Source: Octopus sinensis
Taxonomy: Eukaryota
Assembly: GCF_006345805.1 (NCBI RefSeq)
Contig: NC_042998.1
Span: 35,402,001-35,466,000, forward strand
Direction of reading: 5' to 3'
Length of the DNA stretch: 64,000 nucleotides
Position 1 is the first letter of the stretch. Each line of letters begins with the position of its first letter. The position numbers and the translations under genes are program-made. A model generated the notes under the pieces. It was not told the DNA's origin. It ran no database searches and saw only the letters and a program-made list of their open reading frames with translations. Shown piece by piece: positions 1 to 12,376 of this stretch.

Positions 1-639
1 ATATAAAATCGATGTGTGGTTGGGACTACCCGATCGATATTAGTCTTCCTGATAATCTACGAGTTGGTTCGTCTTACATGGAATATATCTGATTTTTTAT
101 TACCCACAAGGGGCGGTGCAGATGGGACATTACAAAACATTGGGGACATAGAACATTATAATTAGATTTATGAAGAATGAATTATTAAATGAAAAAATGA
201 TAATATGAAAGCGATGCTAAAGGCCCCATCCGTTAGCATCACTTACCTGTCCTTTGGTTTTCGCTTTCACTTAAATGTTCATTCCCAATAATAAAACCGT
301 TCTTCTTTATTCTTACTTCAAAACTACATGGAATATATCAGCGTCATGTCTCGTCTCCTTCTCTTTTCTATGACCCTTATAATGGCGACTACACGGCACA
401 TTTGGCTGGTCTTGTGTCGACTTACTCATCTCTCTCCAACCCGCCCTCTCATATCTTTCTCGAAGTAGTTGTGAACGCTGTGGGTACCGTCCCCCTCTTC
501 CAGACCCGGCAAATATGTATATGTGAGTGCGTGTGTACGTGTATATATATATACAGATTTTTACTAATATGTCACATTTTTATAAATCATATATTAGCGC
601 TTGCATCTACTCTAGTAGATTCTTCAGATTTGAATTTTT

Positions 640-848
640 TTAGGTGATTCGTCTCTTTTTATAGTATTGTTGAGTGTAAAGGGCTGGATATATATATATA
701 TAATATATATATATATATAATATATACATATATAGATATACATACATATATATATATATATATACATATATAGATATATACATACATATATATATATATA
801 TAATATATATATAGATACATATATGCATATATATACATATATATATAC

Positions 849-902
<54 letters not shown>

Positions 903-985
903 TATACATATATATATATATACATACATATATGCATATATATATACATATACATATAGATACATATATGCATAGATATACATAC

Positions 986-1051
<66 letters not shown>

Positions 1052-1068
1052 ATGTATATATATATACA
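640..1068. repeat. (TA)n/(TACA)n microsatellite tract
   Basis: Direct inspection. It accounts for the I/Y-rich ORFs at 624-1003. Many similar TA, TG, GATA, CT and ATT tracts occur throughout the window. Confidence 0.95.
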
Positions 1069-1073
1069 TTACG

Positions 1074-1378
1074 GGATCTTTTCCTTTGAACGGCAGTTTG
1101 TAACATAATTTCTAGGTAACTAAAAAGTTTTAAACTTCGTATACTGTTAGAATGTGTTTATAAAACATCATTTTCTCTTGGCTTTATTGAGAAAATTCTA
1201 TAGATTGTAACATATTTCGTCTTTAATTTCTTGCATTTCGGCAATTTTAACCAATCACTGGCGTCCATTTAGGTAAACAACATTCTGTGCCGCATGAATA
1301 TGTCCCTCCTTCAAGAAACAGATTGGGTTTATTTACATTTGTGAAGAAAAAAAGATACCCTTCCCCCACCCCTAACTT
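1074..1378. mobile_element. One arm of the foldback DNA element seen complete at 46956-47583
   Basis: Starts GGATCTTTTCCTTTGAACGGCAG and follows the same arm sequence (cttcgtatactg.tagaatgtgt, ttctcttggcttt) up to ccctaac, then is truncated by a SINE. Confidence 0.8.
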
Positions 1379-1381
1379 CTA

Positions 1382-1664
1382 GCGGTCTCTTTTTGCCGAA
1401 CCGCTAAGTGACGGGGAGATAAACACACCAGCATCGGTTGTCAAGCAATGCTAAGGGAACAAACACAGACACACAAACACACACACATACATATATATAA
1501 ATGACGGGCTTCTTTCAGTTTCCGTCTACCAAATCCACTCACAAGCCTTTGGTTGGCCCGAGGCTATAGTAGAAGACACTTGCCCAAGGTGCCATGCAGT
1601 GGGACTGAACCCAGAACCGTGTGGCTGGGAAGCAAGCTCCTTACCACACAGCCACTCCTGCGCC
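1382..1664 (-). mobile_element. tRNA-derived SINE, family A
   Basis: Head (ggcgcaggagtggctgtgtggtaag...ggttcagtcccactg) followed by a CORE-like block (caccttgggcaagtgtctt). About 20 full or partial copies in the window, e.g. 2763, 3425, 14945, 20590, 21795, 31545, 32080, 32525, 47850, 48330, 57670. Confidence 0.85.
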
Positions 1665-1666
1665 TA

Positions 1667-1780
1667 GTTACAATATTTTATGAACTGTATAAATATAGCA
1701 AATTTATTCCCGATAAATTTTAACAGCAAAATCTTATGTGGTCCCCCAAAGGTTATATGAGTCCCAGATGAAAACCACTG
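1667..1780 (-). mobile_element. Truncated hAT/Charlie-type MITE, same family as 22136-22396
   Basis: Reverse complement begins CAGTGGTTTTCA and aligns by eye with the 22136 copy (ataagatttt/cgctgttaaaat). Confidence 0.6.
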
Positions 1781-2601
1781 ATTTAATCGATCCAAAGATG
1801 GGCTTGAGTGGAAATTGAACTCAGAATGTATAGGATGTAACAAGAAAGCACAGAGCAATTTGTTTACTGCCATGTGGATTCTGACGAGATATCCTGGAAG
1901 AATTAATTTGGCCTCGGATGTGTGTGTGAGAGAGAGTCAGATAGACAGAGAGACACAGAGAAAGTGTGTATGTGTGTGTGTGTGTATGCGTGCGTGTGTG
2001 TGTGTGTGTGTGTGTGTGTCTGTGTCTGTGTGTGTGTGTGACATTACGTAGTTGTGTTGGCCAACTCAATTAAAAAAACTAGGAGGAAAGCAATGGACGA
2101 GTAGAAAGTTGACATAGAATAAACACGAAGTGACAGAACTGGAAACGATGAGGAGAAAAAGGAGAAGGCGGCGGCGGCGGCGGCGGTGGTGGTGGTGATG
2201 GAGGTGGTGGTGCTGGTGCTGGTGGTGATGGAGGTGGTGGTGCTGGTGCTGGGGTGGTGGTGGTGCTGGTAGTGGTGGTATTCGTGGTGGTGGTGCTGGT
2301 GGTGGTGGTGACGGTAAACTAGCAAAAACAACGAACCCCTCCCCAGTTTGGCTCCCAAGTTTCACAATGCCAGAATCTTAGCCCAAATATAGCTTTGAGG
2401 AATGTGTGGGGCATCATCACATCTAAATATGGCATTTGGCAACAGAAATGCAAAATGGTTATTGATTGGTGAGTTGATTACGACCCAAAATCTCTTACGT
2501 ATTTCAGTTTAACGAAATTCAATTAATTCAAGGTCATTATCAACACTGAAGAGGGAGGCTTGTTTTTATTAGTCATCTCTCTCTATCGCTCTCTCTCTCT
2601 T

Positions 2602-2634
<33 letters not shown>

Positions 2635-2671
2635 TTTCTCTCTCTCCTCTTTCTCTCTCTCTCTCTCTTCT

Positions 2672-2702
<31 letters not shown>

Positions 2703-2925
2703 TGCTTACTCGCTCGCTCGCTCTCTGCCTCTCTCCCCATATTTATAAAGACATAGATAGATGACGCAGGAGTGCCTGTGTGGTAAGTAGCTTGCTTACC
2801 AACCACGGGGTTCCGGGTTCAGTTCCACTGCGTGGCACCTTGGGCAAGTGTCTTCTACATTAGCCTCGGGCCGACCAAAGCCTTGTGAGTGGATTTGGTA
2901 GACGGAAACTGAAAGAAGCCCGTCG

Positions 2926-2958
<33 letters not shown>

Positions 2959-3075
2959 ATATATATATATTAATAATACAAAAAAATAAGAAAATGGAGA
3001 AACAATGTAGTTAGTTCATCAACTTTCGGATATTAGAATGTTGAATTATTTATTCATTTATTGCAATTAAACACA

Positions 3076-3175
3076 NNNNNNNNNNNNNNNNNNNNNNNNN
3101 NNNNNNNNNNNNNNNNNNNNNNNNNNNNNNNNNNNNNNNNNNNNNNNNNNNNNNNNNNNNNNNNNNNNNNNNNNN
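3076..3175. other. Assembly gap (100 N)
   Basis: Run of N. Confidence 1.
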
Positions 3176-3409
3176 TATGTATGTATGTATGTAATATCCT
3201 GTGATAATATCGTATATGACTTGAGATGTTTGCCTTGCCTTAATGTTTGACGTCCTGTTTAACAATTATATATCCGTTTCATCAGAAGTCTGCAATGGTT
3301 CCATAACTACCGTCTCAGCTAAAACCTTGGAGCCCCAGTAATTTGTTACAGCACTTACCTAGCGTACCTAATCGTTTAAATCATCTGTGAACTAAGCCCC
3401 CATATATCG

Positions 3410-3444
<35 letters not shown>

Positions 3445-4261
3445 GACGGGCTTCTTGTAGTTTCCGTCTACCAAATCCAATTACAAAGCTTTGGTCATCT
3501 TGTGGCATTAGTAGAAGACAATTACCCATGGTGCCATACTATGGGACTGAACCCAGGACGATGTGGTTGAAAAGCAACCTTCTTAACCACAGAATCAAGT
3601 TTGCACCTATATATTCCTTCATATTTTGGCAGAGGGCCAGCAGTTTTGAAGGGAGGAGCTAGTCGATTACATCGACCCAAGTATATGACTGGTACTTATT
3701 TTATTCGACCAGAAGGGATGAAAAGCAACGTTGACTCGACGGAGTTTGAACTCAAAGCGTAACGAGTTCGGAAGAAATGCCGCTAAGCTTTTTGTCCGAC
3801 GCACTAACGATTCCACCAGCTCACATCTTGCCTGCACCTGTATATAAGGTATCCAGATAGATCTATGTAGATAGGTAGGTAGGTAGGTAAGAAAAAGGAA
3901 GATTTTCCGCTATCGATAATCTTTTCCTTTTTTATCATATCGCTGTTGAAATCAGTTTCTTTATATTTTACGAATTGATAAACAGCATCGCTTGAGTTTG
4001 ATGTAAATTTTTGATAAATTCTTTTGTTCCAATCCTTCTCAACTATTTTAATTTTTGTTCCTTAATTGTGATTTTGTTTCGAAGATATTCGCAAATATCT
4101 AAACGTGTACATGTGTGCGCGCACGCGCGCGTGTGTACATACGTACATATATATCTATAAGAAATCAGAAACTTCGAAAGAACGTGAAATAATTTATAGG
4201 AACGGTGAAACTAGTAAATCTATAATAATACATTCTAGAAACTATATAATATATATATATA

Positions 4262-4296
<35 letters not shown>

Positions 4297-4380
4297 ATAT
4301 AGGATGAAATTTTTTTTCAGAAAAGAATTTCATCAAAAGTGGCAGCATATTAGAATACCTTTACAGGTTAAAATTATAAA

Positions 4381-4587
4381 ACAACTTATAAATAAGGACA
4401 AAAGAATAATTATTTCCATGCCAATATGCTGAGAACAGACATTAAATCGTCAATTTCCACGTTTCATTATACACTCATTATAAATATTTATAGTGAGTGT
4501 ATAATGAAATGTGGAAATTGACGATTTAAAGTCTGTTCTCAGCATATTGGCATGGAAATAATTTTTCTTTTGTCCTTGTTTATAAGT

Positions 4588-4590
<3 letters not shown>
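4381..4590. repeat. 210-bp near-perfect palindrome (MITE-like hairpin)
   Basis: acaacttataaataaggacaaaag... pairs with ...cttttgtccttgtttataagttgt. Centre at about 4486 with almost no loop; ends in a TA tract. Confidence 0.9.
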
Positions 4591-4626
<36 letters not shown>

Positions 4627-5154
4627 GTTTCTTCTCTTGGAAGTTTCTAGAATGTCTGGCGTTCCATTAATAAAAACAGCTTGCTAACCCTGCTCTCCGC
4701 TTCTTAGTCGATTAGACTTAGAGCCGTTCACGTTATTGCTATGTCCGCCTATTTCTCTACGCCACATGACTGAAAGCCACCACTTAGTTGTTATTTCAAC
4801 ATTTCCTATCTCTGAACTTTCTTGCATAGATTACTTCATTCAACTAGATACTACATTTTGATTTTATGTGTCATCATCGACCAGTAAATAAAATATATTT
4901 TTATGTAGTAAATATATAGAGCTTGAATTTAATCTTTCATCTCCATATGAACTATTGTAATAAAATACACGCAGCCACATCAACACCTTGCACTGACTAT
5001 AGATAACCACTGCAGGTGTAACAGAAGTTGACTGCTGATTATTGTTAGCCCCAAGCAGTTCATAATTTATGTGAACTGTCTTTGGGCACTCTTCATAAAG
5101 ATTAATTATGATACACCTTGACAGGTGCGTACGCCTTGCTACCGAATATATGTC

Positions 5155-5335
5155 AGCGTGGCTGTGTGGTAAGAAGCTTGCTTCCCAACCACATGGCTCT
5201 GGGTTCAGTCCCACTGCGTGGCACCTTAGATAAATGTCTTCTACTATAGCTTCACATCGGCCAAAGACTTGTAAGTGGATTTGGTAAACGGAAACTGAAT
5301 GAAACCTGTCATATGTATAGATGGATAGATAAACG

Positions 5336-5431
<96 letters not shown>

Positions 5432-5670
5432 TGTATGTATATATATTCATGTGTGTGTGTGTCTTTGTGTCTATGTTTGTCCCCCATCATCACTTGACAA
5501 CCGATGTTGGTGTGTTTACGCCCCGTAACTAAACGTTTCGGCAAAAGAGACCGATAGAATAAGCTCTTGGCTTACAAAGAATAGGTCTTGGGATCGATTT
5601 GTTCGACTAAAACATTTTAAGGCGGTGCTCCAGCACGGCCGCAATCAGATATCTGAAACAAGTAAAAGAA
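5155..5670 (+). mobile_element. SINE family A, full copy with internal (GATA)n/(TG)n
   Basis: Head/core, internal microsatellite, then the tail module ending gactgaaacaagtaaaag. Confidence 0.85.
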
Positions 5671-5696
5671 AGTGTGTGTGTGTGTGTGCGTATATA

Positions 5697-6785
5697 CAGA
5701 GTAGGGCAGAGAAGACGGACGTTTTTAAAAATTCACAAAATCATTAATTTTAGCTGCAAACAAATTTTATTGACATCAGTGTGTTTGTATAGGATTAGCA
5801 TTTGTTAAAATCAAGTGTGGAAAACAATATCCATCATGTGGTGTCCGTTTTCATTGATGCACTTCTGAAGACGTTCTTGGGAGTTGGCCTCTACTCTCTC
5901 CAGCATTGTCGACTGGGGCGACATTGCTCTGCTCTCTGGGGTTTTCAAGAGCCCGATAACGTCAGTTCTGTTGATTCTCCATGCTATTAAGATGAGAATG
6001 CACTCCATCACTCATTAATAAAACGAGGTTGTCATTTGCCTCGAAAACTGCTTCCATCTAACGTGCGAAGTTAAGCCTCTGTGCAGAGTCCCATGGTTTC
6101 AACTGTTGCCCAATGACCAATTTGTACGGGTGGAAATGCAAGTCTTCATGCAAAATACACCATATCGGTTGATTACCGATGCCAAGTTCAGTGGAATGCC
6201 TCCGAGCAGAGCGATTCGAACTCCGTATCAAAGCCTGTCTGACGCGTTCCACATTTTCCGTGGTCCATACCGTTCGTGGCAACCCCACTAGTCTCCTATT
6301 CATTAGTGTATCTCGTGTACGAAGTGCATTCACCCAACATAAGATTGTGTTACGGGTGGGAACAGCCTGATTTCGGTGAATGTTGAAGTGGCAGCATCGA
6401 AACACACGCTGAACTGCTGTGACAGACTCGTTATTGTTCACATAACTGTCGTAGGCGAACACGTGATGCTCTATCGTCCACAGCGCCATGGGTCCACCTG
6501 AAAAGAGAACAAAATGCTAAGACACCACCGACCGAATGATACCTGCCGGACATATGTTCAGACACACACAAACACACTTGTTTCAGACGCACACAAACAC
6601 AGACACAAAAACACAGACACACACTCAAACACACACACAAATACACACACACAAAAATACACTCACAGAATCACACACAAACATACACACAACAAACACA
6701 CACACACACACATTTTGAAATGACTATTACTCACCTGGGGCTGAGTAATAGTCATTTCAAAAGCGTCCGTCCTCTCTCCCCCACC

Positions 6786-6788
<3 letters not shown>
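5697..6788 (-). mobile_element. Internally deleted Tc1/mariner transposon
   Basis: TA flanks and TIRs CAGAGTAGGGCAGAGAAGACGGACG / CAGGGTGGGGGAGAGAGGACGGACG. ORF 6058-6489 is an N-terminal HTH region (WTIEHHVF..SVTAVQRVFR..PTRNTI..WV; HFHPYKL) followed by an SDEAHFHLNG-like motif (MSDGVHSHLNS). This is joined directly to a C-terminus (ERLQKCINENGHH) ending at 5811. Confidence 0.9.
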
Positions 6789-6846
<58 letters not shown>

Positions 6847-8739
6847 AAATGGGACAAGAACGCAAAACATCCGGAAGCCGAAATTGCGAGGATGATCCGG
6901 TTCTTGACTGAAGATTAAAGGCTTCGAATGACCCGTCCGTGTTTTTTGTATCGTCTTCTGGATGTTTTGTGTTCTTGTTCCATTTTGTATTTTTATATAT
7001 ATAGCGGCGTACGTACTCTATGTTCTATATATATGTACGTGTGTGTGTTTATGTGTGGAGATACACAGTCACAGTCAAGTATTTAATCAATTGACCCTAT
7101 TAATCTATGTTTCTGACTTTGTGCATCTCTTAGAAAGCGTTGTTTAGAGCGGTTAAGTTAAAATTCACGTGACATCGCCTCTTTGCATACAACTTGCGTG
7201 GGCAAGAGAGAGTTAAGCTTGATAACATGGAATGTTGCGTCGCTGGTACCGTTGTTAATTAAATCATACGACAGCTATGATCAGATCGACTTGTGAGAAA
7301 AAGTCAGTCCAGTTATAACCATCTCATCGATTATAAAGCAGTGGATATTCTGAACTATACATCGCAGCGTTTAAAGACAAAAAGGAAATGATTTGGAGTA
7401 ATTTTAACTTATTTTTTTAACAAGTTCAGCGAACACAAAGAAGGAATGGAAAAACCTTCATCGCTTTGTTGGTAGAAGACAAAATGCAGCAGTCTGTGGA
7501 TGTCTGCAGCGAACGTAGAAGACTTAGATATGTCATAAAAGGATTTGAGTTATCTCGTTTTTCATTTTCCTATTAGCAAGTAGATGATTTCAATGTAAAA
7601 AAAATAGTGAAGACCGGTTTTGTGTTTTTTTATCATTGTGTAAAAGGAATAAATAGAATTTTAGAATTCCCGAATGAAACAGAAATATTTGCTTAAAATT
7701 CATTTAATATATAAAAAAAATAAATAATTATACTCTATTCAATAAATAACACCTGGAAAACATTATCGGGAAAGAAAAATATTTTAATGAAAGTAACAAA
7801 AAAATTCGAAAAACGAAAAATTAAATCAGTTATTGAGAAAGATATTTAATCGAAAAAATTAGACAAAGCATCCGCAAATGACAAAGTAGATGCGTTATCG
7901 CGAATTCTTGCGAATAATATAAAGACTTTAATCGAAAAGTTTCGTGGAGAACCGTGGGAGGATCGTGAGATGATACCTTCTCATATTTGGTTTAATCCCT
8001 TAGTATCTTACTTGAATCGTATTAAAGTTATCGCATAGTGGTGATACCAGTAATATATTGTTGGATATACAATAATCCCTAGTGTGTGTATGTGTGCGTG
8101 TTTGTCCCCTACCATCGCTTAACAACCAATGTTGGTGTCTTTACGTCCCCGTAACTTAACGATTCGGCAAAAGGGACCGATAGAATAAGTACTATGCTTA
8201 CAAAAGAATAAGTGCTGGGGTGGATTTGTTCGACTAAAGGTGGTGGCTCCCCAGCATGACCGCAGTCAAATGACTGAAACAAATAAAAGAATATATGTAT
8301 GTATGTGTATATATATATATATATATATATTATTATATATATATATATATATATAACCCTCCTTTTTTCCTAAGCGTCCAATAATACTATACTTGTTCCA
8401 CGTCCTCTCGTTGTTGTGTTTTTATGTTGGGATTAACTACATATATATATATATATATAGCCACACACACAGATACCTCAAAAATGGGGTTGAAACATTA
8501 GATATTAGGGTTACAAATATGCTATCCACAGAAGTTATTTTTGCCTTAACACTGGTATAAAACTCATCTCATGTATGGGTTAAAAGAAAAACTTCAAACC
8601 ATGAAAATCTCGATCGTTTTCACTGAAGAACTCTCGCACTTGACGAACAAACGCATGTGATCTTGCACGTTCCACTAACGCCGGTTTTTGCAAAATCACT
8701 TTCTTTCACATTAAACGTTACCGAATTCAAAAAGAAGTC

Positions 8740-8899
8740 ATGAAACCAGGCGGTAAAGATGTAGATTCAGGTGATGCTTCACTGGCTGAAAAGAAACTCA
8801 AATTTGGAGCACACATAACATTCCAACATATATGTACTGTCCTTGAAGATGCCCTCGATAAACTGGCTGTTTTGGGTATTATACCATATGCTCAGGAAG
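8740..8899 (+). CDS. IQCG: IQCG/DRC9 coding exon 1
   Basis: First in-frame ATG after an upstream stop at 8641. ICTVLEDALDKLAVLGIIP resembles the recalled IQCG motif [20 protein letters not shown]. Donor G|GTATGA at 8900 is phase 1 and fits the exon 2 acceptor (G+GT=Gly). Confidence 0.8.
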
Positions 8900-8940
8900 G
8901 TATGATAAAAAGTTCTTTCAATATTGTATTGACAATCAAA

Positions 8941-9210
8941 GACGGTGAGCTGGCAGAATGGTTAACACGCCGGGCAGAATATTTAGCGGTATTTCGTCTC
9001 TCTCTACGTTCTGAGTTCAAATTCCACCGAGGCCGACTTTGCCTTTCATCCTTTCGGGGTCGATTAAATTAAGTACCAGTTATGCACTGGAGTCGATATA
9101 ATCGACTTAATCCGTTTGTCTGTCCTTGTTTGTCCTCTCTGTGTTTAGACCCTTGTGGGTAGTAAAGAAATAGGTATTTCGTCTGCCGATACGTTCTGAA
9201 TTCAAATTCG
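8941..9210 (+). mobile_element. tRNA-derived SINE, family B
   Basis: gagctggcagaa..gagttcaaattcc (B box)..gaggtcgactttgcctttcatcctttcggggtcgat..tail gtttgtcc.ctctgtgtttag. About 18 copies or fragments in the window, e.g. 3625, 18620, 19596, 23745, 29290, 30180, 46570, 46828, 49810, 51350, 58890. Confidence 0.85.
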
Positions 9211-9229
9211 ACCGATGTCGCCTTAGCGA

Positions 9230-9323
9230 AGGTAAAGAATACGAACACCTAGGGTTTAGGGTTAGTTTTAAGGTTAGAGCTTTTTATTACGCCGAAAACC
9301 GATGGTGTGCGTATTCTTTACCT
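9230..9323. mobile_element. Mini-MITE (about 94 bp) with a telomere-like core
   Basis: Perfect inverted ends AGGTAAAGAATACG / CGTATTCTTTACCT around tagggtttagggttag. No clean TSD. Confidence 0.6.
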
Positions 9324-10084
9324 CCGCCACCGCCGCCTTTGTCTTTCAGGGTCGACAAACTAAGTACGACTGGAATCGACGCAATCGACTTAGCCCTTCC
9401 CCTCAAATCACTGTCCTTCTGCCAAAATTTAAAAGCAATACGATATTGATATTATTGCTGTTTCTTTGGTTTGCTTGTTTTCCTTTCTTTTTTTTTTTTT
9501 TTTTTGCTTTTGTTATCTGTTGTAATCCAGTGTCAACAATCAATGACCGTGCATTTTGTGAACATAACAACGAAGCTACAATTAATAGTTAACTTTAATT
9601 AAAACTCATAATTTTTTTAGCAATGATTGTAATCCAGTTAAATAATGTCTCTAAAATTCGTTTGGCCAATCCCTTGTGTCTCTCTCGGCTGCACTCATGA
9701 TTCTGAAATTGCAGCGTACACAGCAACCTATTGAAACACTTCGCAAGCGTCCGGTGTTGCAACCATTACTGTGTACTTCTGTGTTTCCTTCGCAGCTTAA
9801 TTACATCGCCATTTTACTCGTTCACTCGTCGAGGGTGGGCGGGTGTTTAGACATTGTTAGTTTTGTTTGATTTTGTGGGAGGGGTTATTTTGGTTTTTGC
9901 CATCTTAGTTTTCTTTTTCCTCGTAACTAAAGATGTCATGAACATCGATGCAACTCAAGGAACGGACGGAAATAAACTATTCCACACTTAAGCTGTCAGA
10001 CCGATACCAGTTTGAATTGACCAGGATTGCCTCTTCGGCTCTCAGTCTGTCTCTTTCTCCTCTCTCTCTCTCTCTCTCTCTCTC

Positions 10085-10113
10085 CTTACCTTGTTATCTT
10101 TATCTATCTTACA

Positions 10114-10158
<45 letters not shown>

Positions 10159-10730
10159 CTCCTCTCTCTATCTTAATCGAGAATGTAAAAAAAGAGAAAG
10201 CAAAGTCTTCAGTGTGAGTATGTGGTTTGTGGGGTCAACCGCGTCCTCCGCTTCATTTTTTGTTATTCACTCATTCTCATTTAATTGTATATATTTTAAT
10301 TGTTTGTTTATTCATACGTTTCGTCTCATTCGATACCCTGACCCCAACGTTTGTTTTGTCCCCTCTTTTTCTCAACCTTATGGTGAATAAAGAAATACTC
10401 TCTCTCTCTTCCTATCTTGTTATCGCTATCTATCTTACACGCTCTCTCTCTCTCCCTCTCTCTATCTCTTCCTATCTTGTTATCTCTATCTATCTTACAC
10501 GCTCTCTCTCTCTCTCTCTCTCTTCCTATCTTGTTGTCTCTATCTATCTTACACGCTCTCTCTCTCTCTCTCTTCCTATCTTGTTATCTCTATCTATCTT
10601 ACACGCTCTCTCTCTCTCTCTCTCTCTTCCTATCTTGTTATCTCTATCTTACACGCTCTCTCTCTCTCTCTCTCTCTCTCCCTATCTTGTTATCTCTATC
10701 TATCTTACACGCTCTCTCTCACTCTCTCTC
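10085..10730. repeat. Compound minisatellite: (CT)n plus a tcctatcttgttatctctatctatcttacacg unit
   Basis: One unit at about 10085, then an array of about 7 at 10410-10730 with variable CT spacers. Confidence 0.9.
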
Positions 10731-11135
10731 TCTCTCTTCTTTTCTCTTTATCCCCATCTCTTTACTTTGCTGTACATTTTTATGTTCCTTTCCTCGATGA
10801 TAGCTAAGTACAAAAGCCTTTCCTTTTCGTCACAATAATCTCCGTTGGTTGCTTCAATTATTTTTCTTCTTTTTTAACCTTTACCGCTGATTTCAACGAA
10901 CAACAACATTCTGAAGTTACTTTGATTTACATAAACGCTTGCATATAAAACATGCACAGCTGCAAATACGAAATCGCTGCAACCAAGTCCTCCTCACTGC
11001 ATGCGGATGGTTTCAGAACATAAAGCAAACCATTGTAGCTCGCCACAGCATTTTAAGGCTGATGTATATGTTGCTAGGATTTCTTTCAACTCACACCCCG
11101 CTGTCTCAAATTAGCAAACACGTTTTTATTATACA

Positions 11136-11533
11136 CTAGCAGTATCGCCCGGCGTTGCTCGGGTTTGTAAGGGAAATAACTATATAAGCATTTTTAGAGA
11201 GTTATAGCCAAAAAATAGCAAAAAAATGCATTGAAAATGGAAAAAAAATGATGGTAATTTTTTTTTAAATCGTTGACTCATCGCAGACATTTTTAGAGAG
11301 TTACTTCACTTATATAATAGCGAAAGAAATGCATTAAAATGGAAAAAAATGATAATAATTTTTTTTTTAAATCGTAGACTCATTGTAGACGCGCGCTAAT
11401 ACACAGAAGGGCTCGATATGAATCACGACTATAAGATACCCGGTTTTGGTTAAACTGCACCGCAAAATGTGGGAGTAGTTAGAAATCTAAATCGTAGGAG
11501 ACAGACACACAACTTGACTTTTATATATAAAGA
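11136..11533 (-). mobile_element. Non-autonomous Helitron
   Basis: Minus strand reads A|TCTTTATATATAAAAG ... CCCGAGCAACGCCGGG (hairpin) ...CTAG|T: 5' TC, 3' CTAG, subterminal hairpin and an A^T insertion site. Confidence 0.85.
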
Positions 11534-11779
11534 TATATGTGTGTATATGTGTGTGTGTGCGTACGTGCGTGCGTATGTGTGCGTATATATACATACATAC
11601 ACGCAGAGATAAACATAGACACACACGCACACAACACACACACACACACACACAACACACACAACACACACACACACACACAACACACACACACACATAT
11701 ATATATATATTTCCTTTTGGTCGAGTCACTCCCTTGCTACTCTGAGTATCACCTGATGGGACCCTATGAGAAGGCGCCT

Positions 11780-12176
11780 TTCAGTTTTTACTGGTTCCAG
11801 TGATTGGATTGTGGCCATGCTGGGGTCCCGACTTGCATGTTTTAGTCGAACAAATCGCCCCCTAGGATTTATGTTTTAAGCCTGATGCTTATACTGTCAG
11901 TTTCTTTTGCCGCATCCCACTGTTTGCAGAGATGTAAACAAACCAACACCGGTTGACAAACACAAACACAGACACGCATACACGTGTGTGTGTGTGTGTG
12001 TACGACGGGCAATTCTTTCGATTCTTTCAATTTCCGTCTACCAAATCTCTGACAAGGTTTTGATCGGCCCGAATTTATAGTAGAAGACACTTGCCCAAGG
12101 TGCCACTCAGTGGGACTGAACCTGAAACCATATGGCTGGGAAGCAAGCTTCTTGCCATACACCGATGCCTGCGCCT
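11780..12176 (-). mobile_element. SINE family A
   Basis: Head, core, internal TG tract and tail, as in the other copies. Confidence 0.8.
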
Positions 12177-12248
<72 letters not shown>

Positions 12249-12376
12249 GATAGATAGATAGATAGATCTTTTATTTACGTAACCTTATATTTGATGCGAC
12301 TCTATACGTTGGGAGTCGTTGAAGCTGAAACGTTTTATCAGTAACTAAATCTTGTTTAAATAATATTATTTCTAAG

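Noticed and set aside
624-1003. I/Y-rich ORFs, and similar H/T-, C/V-, L/S- and YLSI-rich ORFs elsewhere
   Set aside because: They are translations of TA, CA, CT and GATA microsatellites with no splice or domain support.
3245-3292. Second hammerhead-like motif on the minus strand (CTGATGA at 3279-3285)
   Set aside because: GAAA is replaced by TAAA and stems I and II do not pair convincingly; at best a dead remnant.
8900-9072. 3' part of ORF 8740-9072
   Set aside because: It runs past the splice donor into a family B SINE; only 8740-8899 is treated as coding.
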